Shown here piece after piece: positions 55,464 through 64,000 of a stretch of DNA of 64,000 nucleotides; position 1 is the first letter of the stretch; each line of letters opens with the position of its first letter. This stretch comes from Octopus vulgaris (Eukaryota): contig OX597829.1 in the NCBI GenBank assembly GCA_951406725.2, positions 57,536,001 to 57,600,000 on the forward strand, written 5' to 3'. A program made the position numbers and the translations under genes. The notes beneath the pieces are model-generated. The model did no database searches and was not told where the DNA came from. It saw nothing but the letters and a program-made list of their open reading frames with translations.

Positions 55464-55526
55464 TAATAAAACTCCGAGTTTCGGATGTCGGGACGGAAAT
55501 CTGCTCCGGCATCTCGTCAGTTATTA
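55464..55526 (-). ncRNA. Type I hammerhead motif with long stem II
   Basis: UAAUAA-CUGACGA-GAUGCCGGAGCAG..CCGUCCCGACAUC-C-GAAA-CUC(G)GAG-UU-UUAUUA; perfect 6-bp stem I; intact core. Confidence 0.75.
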
Positions 55527-55899
55527 AAACAAAAAAAATGCTATGAAAATGACCGTTAACAAAAGGAAATTACTATGTAAATGACCGTTATTAAGACATA
55601 TAAAAGAGCTATTAGAATGACCGTTAAATAAAGGGAAAAAACCCGAAGGGGAGAAAGTAAAAAGTGCTCATAGAATTTGCGTATGCGCGCATGTACATAC
55701 ATACACATGCGCGCACGCACAACCACGTTCATGTGCCTATATGTATATGCTCACTCATACTCGCATGAAACACATACATGCACACCCGAGAGATAGAGAC
55801 AGGCAGAAACAAGGAAAATGCCCCTTGTATCTGAATACTATGCAAATATTCTTTTAAAAAAACTTATTTAATTTTTCCAAAATTTAATTGTTTTCCATA

Positions 55900-55942
55900 T
55901 TTAGAGTTGAAAAAGACCCAATGACTGAAACCGGTACTAAAA
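55900..55942 (+). ncRNA. Degenerate minimal hammerhead motif, U3:A8 variant
   Basis: UUUAGAG-UUGAAAA-AG(9 nt)CU-GAAA-CCGG-UA-CUAAA; weak stems I and II. Confidence 0.45.
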
Positions 55943-55990
55943 TGTTTTTATGATAAAATCATTTTACCATTTTCTACCTTGACTTATTCT

Positions 55991-57375
<1,385 letters not shown>

Positions 57376-57737
57376 ACATACATATATATATGTATGTAAA
57401 CATATATATATGTATATGTATGTATGTATATGTATATGAAACAAATGATAGAGACGGAAAATGGAATATACGAGAAACGTTGTTGCTCACGACGATCGTT
57501 TTGACCCATCGTGCATGATCCCTCGAGGGTGGGATATTTGTACAATTGATTGTGGTGCATCACTCGCTGCAGACACGCCTCGTCAAGTGATATTATAAGG
57601 GGTTCTCGTTAATTAAAATCCGTTTCGCTCAATTTTTAATACAACATATCGTTAATGATCGTAGGTTTAAGTCGTTGGGCCGGAATATATTTACACACAC
57701 ACACACACACACACACACGTGAATATGCACGCATATA

Positions 57738-57814
<77 letters not shown>

Positions 57815-57821
<7 letters not shown>

Positions 57822-58190
57822 TTTGTGTTTCTCCCCACCGCTTGCCAGCCAATGTGTAAAAGTGTTCTCTTACTATGAGATCGTCTGTGACTGATTATGA
57901 CTAATATTTGAGTGTTAGCGTACTTAACTCTCTATATAGGACAGCCTGTTAGTCTTGTCAGTCAAGCAGCTGATTGACAAGCTAGCTTGCCCGCGGGCCA
58001 CACGCGCAAACACATATACAATATATATACATATGCATGTGTATATGTGTGTGTGTAACTTAGCAGGACGTAAAAAGGAGACAATATAATAAGTGCTGGG
58101 CTTAAAGACAGGTAGTGGCGTCGGTTTGTTCGACTAAACCCCTCGAAGCAACGCCCCAGCATGGCCGCACTCCAATGTCTAAAGGAAGTA
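57815..58190 (+). mobile_element. CORE-type SINE 3' half interrupted by a 202-bp insert
   Basis: ccccaccgcttgccagccaa|insert|gtaacttagc...ccccagcatggccgca. Confidence 0.75.
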
Positions 58191-58239
58191 TAAAATTATG
58201 CATACATGCAAGCATATATTAACACACACACACTTATGT

Positions 58240-58290
<51 letters not shown>

Positions 58291-58914
58291 GTGTGTGTGT
58301 GTGTATTTCTTGTCTTTTGTTTCAGTCATTTGACTGCGGTCATGCTGGAGCACCGCCTTTAGTTGAACAAATCGACGCCAGACTTATTCTTTGTAAGTCT
58401 AGTACTTATTCTATCGGCCTCATTTTGCCGAACCGCTAAGTTAGGGGGACGTAAACACACCAACATCGGTCGTCAAGCAATGGTGGGAGGGACAAACACA
58501 AACACACACACACATGTACGACGGGCTTCTTTCAGTTTCCGTCTACCAAATCGACTCACGAGGCTTTGATAGGCGTGAGGCTATAGCAGAAGACACTTGC
58601 TCAAGGTGCCGCGCAGTGGGACTGAACTCGGAACCATGTGGTTGGTAAGCAAGCTAATTACCACACAGCCACTCCTGCGCCTGTGTACTCACACACATAC
58701 ATATACATACATACACACACATATACACATGCATATGTATATATATTGTATATGTGTTTGCGCGTGTGGCCCGCGGGCAAGCTAGCTTGTCAATCAGCTG
58801 CTTGACTGACAAGACTAACAGGCTGTCCTATATGGAGAGTTAAGTACGCTAACACTCAAATATTAGTCATAATCAGTCACAGACGATCTCATAGTAAGAG
58901 AACACTTTTACACA
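57853..58914. repeat. 202-bp near-perfect inverted repeat with 658-bp spacer
   Basis: 57853-58054 versus 58713-58914; one mismatch seen. Confidence 0.95.
58308..58682 (-). mobile_element. Full-length tRNA-derived CORE-type SINE (best copy in the window)
   Basis: GGCGCAGGAGTGGCTGTGTGG A box, GAGTTCAGTCC B box, CACCTTGAGCAAGTG CORE-like segment, internal (TG)n, tail ...AATGACTGAAACAAAAGA. Confidence 0.92.
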
Positions 58915-58950
58915 CACGCACGCACGCACGAATGCACACACGCACGCACG

Positions 58951-58988
<38 letters not shown>

Positions 58989-59086
58989 CACACACACACA
59001 CACACACACATGCACATGAGTATGTACATAAACGCAGATCCATACCTACATACATACATACATGTGCGCACAGAAAACGCACTTTT

Positions 59087-59896
59087 GTATGTGTGTATGT
59101 AAGTAAGTAAGTAAGTAAGTATGTATGTATGTATGTATGTATGTATGTATGTATGTATGTATGTATGTATGTATGTATGTATGTATGTATGTATGTATGT
59201 ATGTATGTATGTATGTATGTATGTATGTATGTATGTATGTATGTATGTATGTATGTATGTATGTATGTATGTATGTATGTATGTATGTATGTGTGTGTGT
59301 ATGTATGTATGTATGTATGTATGTGTGTATGTATGTATGTATGTATGTATGTATGTATGTATGTATGTATGTGTGTGTGTATGTATGTATGTATGTATGT
59401 ATGTATGTGTGTGTGTATGTATGTATGTATGTATGTATGTATGTATGTATGTATGTATGTATGTATGTATGTATGTATGTATGTATGTATGTATGTATGT
59501 ATGTATGTGTGTGTATGTATGTATGTATGTATGTATGTATGTATGTGTGTATGTATGTATGTATGTATGTATGTATGTATGTATGTATGTATGTGTGTGT
59601 GTATGTATGTATGTATGTATGTATGTATGTATGTGTGTGTATGTATGTATGTATGTATGTATGTATGTATGTGTATGTATGTATGTATGTATGTATGTAT
59701 GTATGTATGTATGTATGTATGTATGTATGTATGTATGTATGTGTATGTATGTATGTATGTATGTATGTATGTATGTATGTATGTATTATGTATGTATGTA
59801 TGTATGTATGTATGTATGTATGTATGTATGTATGTATGTATGTATGTATGTATGTATGTATGTATGTATGTATGTATGTATGTATGTATGTATGTA
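59087..59896. repeat. About 800-bp (TATG)n array
   Basis: Direct reading. Confidence 0.98.
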
Positions 59897-59968
59897 TATA
59901 TATGTACCTCAAGGGTGACCCTCTGTGTGGTCGCTGTCCAATGACCGAAAGAGATAAAAGATAAAACT

Positions 59969-60006
<38 letters not shown>

Positions 60007-60992
60007 CGCTCAGACATTTAACATATATGTGCACGTGTACACGTGTATGTAGACTATGTACAGCTTTATAATACATACATAAATATATATGTGTGTGCAT
60101 GTGTGTGTACATATATATATATATACACTCACATACACATGCATACATATATATATATATATAAATATGTATATATATTTATATATATATATACATATGT
60201 GTATGTAGATATTAATAAATCCCAAAACGAAATATATATACAAATGTGTGTGTGTGTGTGTATTTGATATATATGGTATATATATATTTATATTTACGTG
60301 TGTGAGTGTTACTGCAAGCACGTGTATCAAATATTAATATATATGTGTGTGCGTGCGTGTGTGTGTGTGTGTGTGTGTGCGTGCGTGTGCGTGCGTGTGT
60401 GCGTGCGCGCATATGTGTGTATGTATGTGTGTTTGCCTCTATTTATATACACATACACAGAGGTAAAGAGAAACGGATTAAACAAAGAAAAAGAGAGAGA
60501 GAGAAAGAATTAGCTTGGTTGTATTATATCATTGTGTGCATGTATGTAGGTATTATATATATATAAATATATATATATATTTGTATGTATGTATGTATGT
60601 ATGTATGTATATATATAATGCCTACATACAGATATGTGTTTGGTGTGTGTGTGTGTGTGTGTGTTAGCACCTGCTACTTCGTCAACCTTACGTCCCTATT
60701 TTTTTGGACTCGTCCAATAGAATGAAAAGCTATAACAGGATTGCAACCATTTCATTATAAACCTTTTGAAATTAGAGATTGCGCACTACCCTTAAGAATA
60801 ATAATAATAATAATCAGTATAATAATATTATAGATTACTATTATTATTAATATTGTTTTGTTTTTTTTTTTCCATTTAATAGTAATTTCAAACATTTCCT
60901 GGAAGATTTTTACAAGTTTTTTAACGCTGCCTGCCGGCCTGTCTGTCTATTGATCTATCTATACACACGCATATATATCTGCATACATACAC

Positions 60993-61112
<120 letters not shown>

Positions 61113-61559
61113 AACCATCTATGTAAAACGCGGAAAACTAGCTTTTTCTTGTTGAAAAAGTATGTATACCACAAACAATTGATTAAAAAAAAGACGGGGA
61201 AAGTAATTAAGAATAATAACGACAACAACAATAACAATATTTTAATCCCGTTTTGTGTTCTTTGTGACAATTAATAATTCAATTTTTAAGAAAAAAAAGA
61301 AATTTACTGAACGAGATTTAGAAGAGAAAAGAGCAAATCGCGACGCAACCCAAAACGCAAGCGCAATTATAAGAAAGGACTACAATTATATTCTCTCTAA
61401 TTGCTTCAAATTGATGTAATTATCATACATATTTTTGCATATAATTAAAAGACAACCGAAAAAACTCAGACATAAGAATAATATTATTTTATAGTAGTAA
61501 TATTATTCCAATTAAGCATTGTTTCTTTAAACGAAAGTAAGATTCTACCAGATCAAAGC

Positions 61560-61583
61560 ATGGAGGATGAAGAATGCATTGAG
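61560..61583 (+). CDS. Candidate first coding exon (MEDEECIE) of an unidentified host gene
   Basis: aaagcATGG Kozak context, 8 codons, then a consensus donor GAG|GTAAGT; preceded by about 430 bp of apparently non-TE sequence. Confidence 0.35.
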
Positions 61584-61725
61584 GTAAGTTTCGAAGTTAC
61601 TATCATTCATTCTCTTCTTCTTTTTCTTTTTTTTTTTCTTTATTAAAAAAATTATGTTAATGTTTAGACTGTTCTTCTACATAGTTTTTTTCTTTTTTTC
61701 CTCTGTCTTTCCTTGCCTACACACG

Positions 61726-61776
<51 letters not shown>

Positions 61777-61924
61777 CATACATATATATATAAGCACAGA
61801 TACATATATGCATGCATGCACACATATATATATATGTATATATAATTACGATTATATCAGAATTTAATGTGATGTGTATATTAATGGAAGTATGTATTAT
61901 TTGGTAACTGTTTGACCCTGCTCC

Positions 61925-61977
61925 ATGCAACTTAAGGGTTTCGTAGGGTCGTACAGCGAACCTAATTTGTCAGGCAT
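61925..61977 (-). ncRNA. Degenerate type I hammerhead motif (G8A)
   Basis: AUGC-CUGACAA-AU-UAGGUUCG(CUGUA)CGACCCUA-C-GAAA-CCCUUAAG-UU-GCAU. Confidence 0.5.
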
Positions 61978-62169
61978 CTTCGTCTCCAGATTCCAGACGA
62001 ACTTGGTTCGCTCTCCGAGTCTGCAAAACTCTTAAGTTTCATGGAGCTGATTCAAGCTTATCAAATTATATGCAACTTCTACTAAACGTATGGAGTACCC
62101 CCCTCTCTCTCTCTCACACGCACATTTATATGAGAGAGAGGGAGAGCGAGAGAGATACACCTACATAAA

Positions 62170-62990
62170 TGGGTCCCAGCAAATTTGTTTCCTCATAACT
62201 TTCAGAAAAACGGTACTTTTTAATGGAATTTTCTACAGAAATCTTTTAGATGTTGTAGATTCTAATTCTCACATTAAATTCTGATACTCATTTTTCTATA
62301 AGTTATTTAGGAACAAAATCAGGGCGAAACAAAAATGATAAATGTTAACGGGGTTGGTGGGAGCGCTTTTGTGTAGATGTGTCCTGGTGTACCTACACAA
62401 GTGTGCCCCACCGATGTTGTTTCTATCATAACTTTCAGAAAAATGGATATTATTTAATGAATTTTTTTATAAATACCTTTCAAATAGTGTAGATTAAAAT
62501 TACATATGAATATAGAATGAATTGTTTCTTTCGGATAGAATAGAGAAAGAAGTTTCGGATATTTCATATTCGGAAGCTTCGAATTTGCTTCCTCAAAAGG
62601 AATCTTGAAAGTTTGAAAAAAATTATGTGATGTGTGTCAGTATATATAAATATATATATATAAATGTGTGTGTATTTGTGTGAATGTGGTGTGTGTAATA
62701 TATACATATGTGTATGTGTGCGCGTAAATTATTTCTTTTTACATAAAATTCCGATATAATTATAATCTACATCATCTGAAAGGTGTATGTAAAAATTTTC
62801 ATTAAAAAATACATTATTCTGAAAGTTATCAGGAAAAACATCGGTGGGGCACATTTATGTAGGTATGCCGCTACACCTATGACATAAAACGTCTTAGTTG
62901 AAAATTTCATTAAAATAAACCTACACCTATTTTTTGAAAGTTATGAGGAAACAAACTCGATGGGGCACTCTTGTGTAGGTAAACCCCTTT
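62170..62990. mobile_element. Foldback-like non-autonomous DNA element with modular inverted sub-repeats
   Basis: Module tcataactttcagaaaaa...gtagatt forward at about 62188 and 62420, reverse at about 62765-62835 and 62930; cctacaca.gtgcccca module in both orientations. Confidence 0.65.
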
Positions 62991-63254
62991 GACATATTAA
63001 CATATATATCTCTTTCTCTCTCTCTCTCTCTCACTTGCGCGAATTTTTATTAATCGCGAAATAAGCGTGGGGAATTTCCATCGAGATTTTCCTCTCGAAA
63101 CGTGGGCGGGGTTGACATGTTCTAGCGCCACCGCTAAAACTATCGCATTTCTAAATTCTTTCTTTCTCTTGCTTATCTTCTATTATTGTTGTTGTTGTTG
63201 TTATTATTATTACCATCATCGTTATAATTATTATTATTGGCATAAGTACATAAG

Positions 63255-63715
<461 letters not shown>

Positions 63716-63734
63716 ACACACTTACGGAGGTACC

Positions 63735-64000
63735 CCGTTGTTAAGAAACTTGCTTCCCAACCATGTGGTCTTGCTTTCTGTCCCGCTTAGGCAAGTGTCT
63801 TCTACTATAACACTAGGCCTACCAGTTCCTCGTCAGTGGATTTCATAGACAGGAACTGAAAGAAACGTGTATGTGTTTGCTACTATCACTGCTTGATAAC
63901 TATTGTTGGTTTATTTACATCCCTATATCAGTGATTTGGTCTGACAGAGACTGACAGAATAAATACTAAATTTCAAATATAAGTAGTAGGGTCAATTTGT
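63735..64000 (+). mobile_element. Degenerate CORE-type SINE running off the window
   Basis: aaacttgcttcccaaccatgtgg, ggcaagtgtcttctactata, gaactgaaagaa. Confidence 0.8.

Noticed and set aside
55545-55630. Three short direct repeats (ctat...aatgaccgtta) at about 33-bp spacing
   Set aside because: Only three diverged units; a small minisatellite within a repeat tail
57485-57570. AAAA-CGAUCG-UC palindromic stem III-like sequence on minus
   Set aside because: No matching core or stem I found

Overview
Eukaryotic, repeat-saturated intronic or intergenic DNA. It is most likely from an octopus (coleoid cephalopod); this is inferred from recognising the dominant tRNA-derived CORE-type SINE and from the microsatellite load, not from a search. 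No intact host gene is visible, and almost all ORFs in the track are microsatellite translations or transposon fragments. The only host-gene candidate is a 24-nt ATG-initiated exon at 61560-61583. Identifiable elements: a near-intact full-length R4/Dong non-LTR retrotransposon (41129-44922) inside an 11-kb co-oriented cluster of Dong copies and companion elements at (TAA)n tracts; a Neptune-type Penelope element (RT + GIY-YIG); RTE, CR1 and Tx1 LINE remnants; Tc1, mariner, DD37D and Chapaev3-like DNA transposons; Helitron-type non-autonomous elements; a probable solo LTR; and many SINE copies. The main unexplained signal is a dense set of about 17 minimal type I hammerhead ribozyme motifs from several unrelated sequence families. 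They have palindromic stem III, show compensatory 3:8 core changes (U3:A8, A3:U8), often occur as divergent inverted pairs, and sit in Penelope-type terminal repeats; one is fused to a tRNA-like head. All RNA folds were read by eye and none has been tested.
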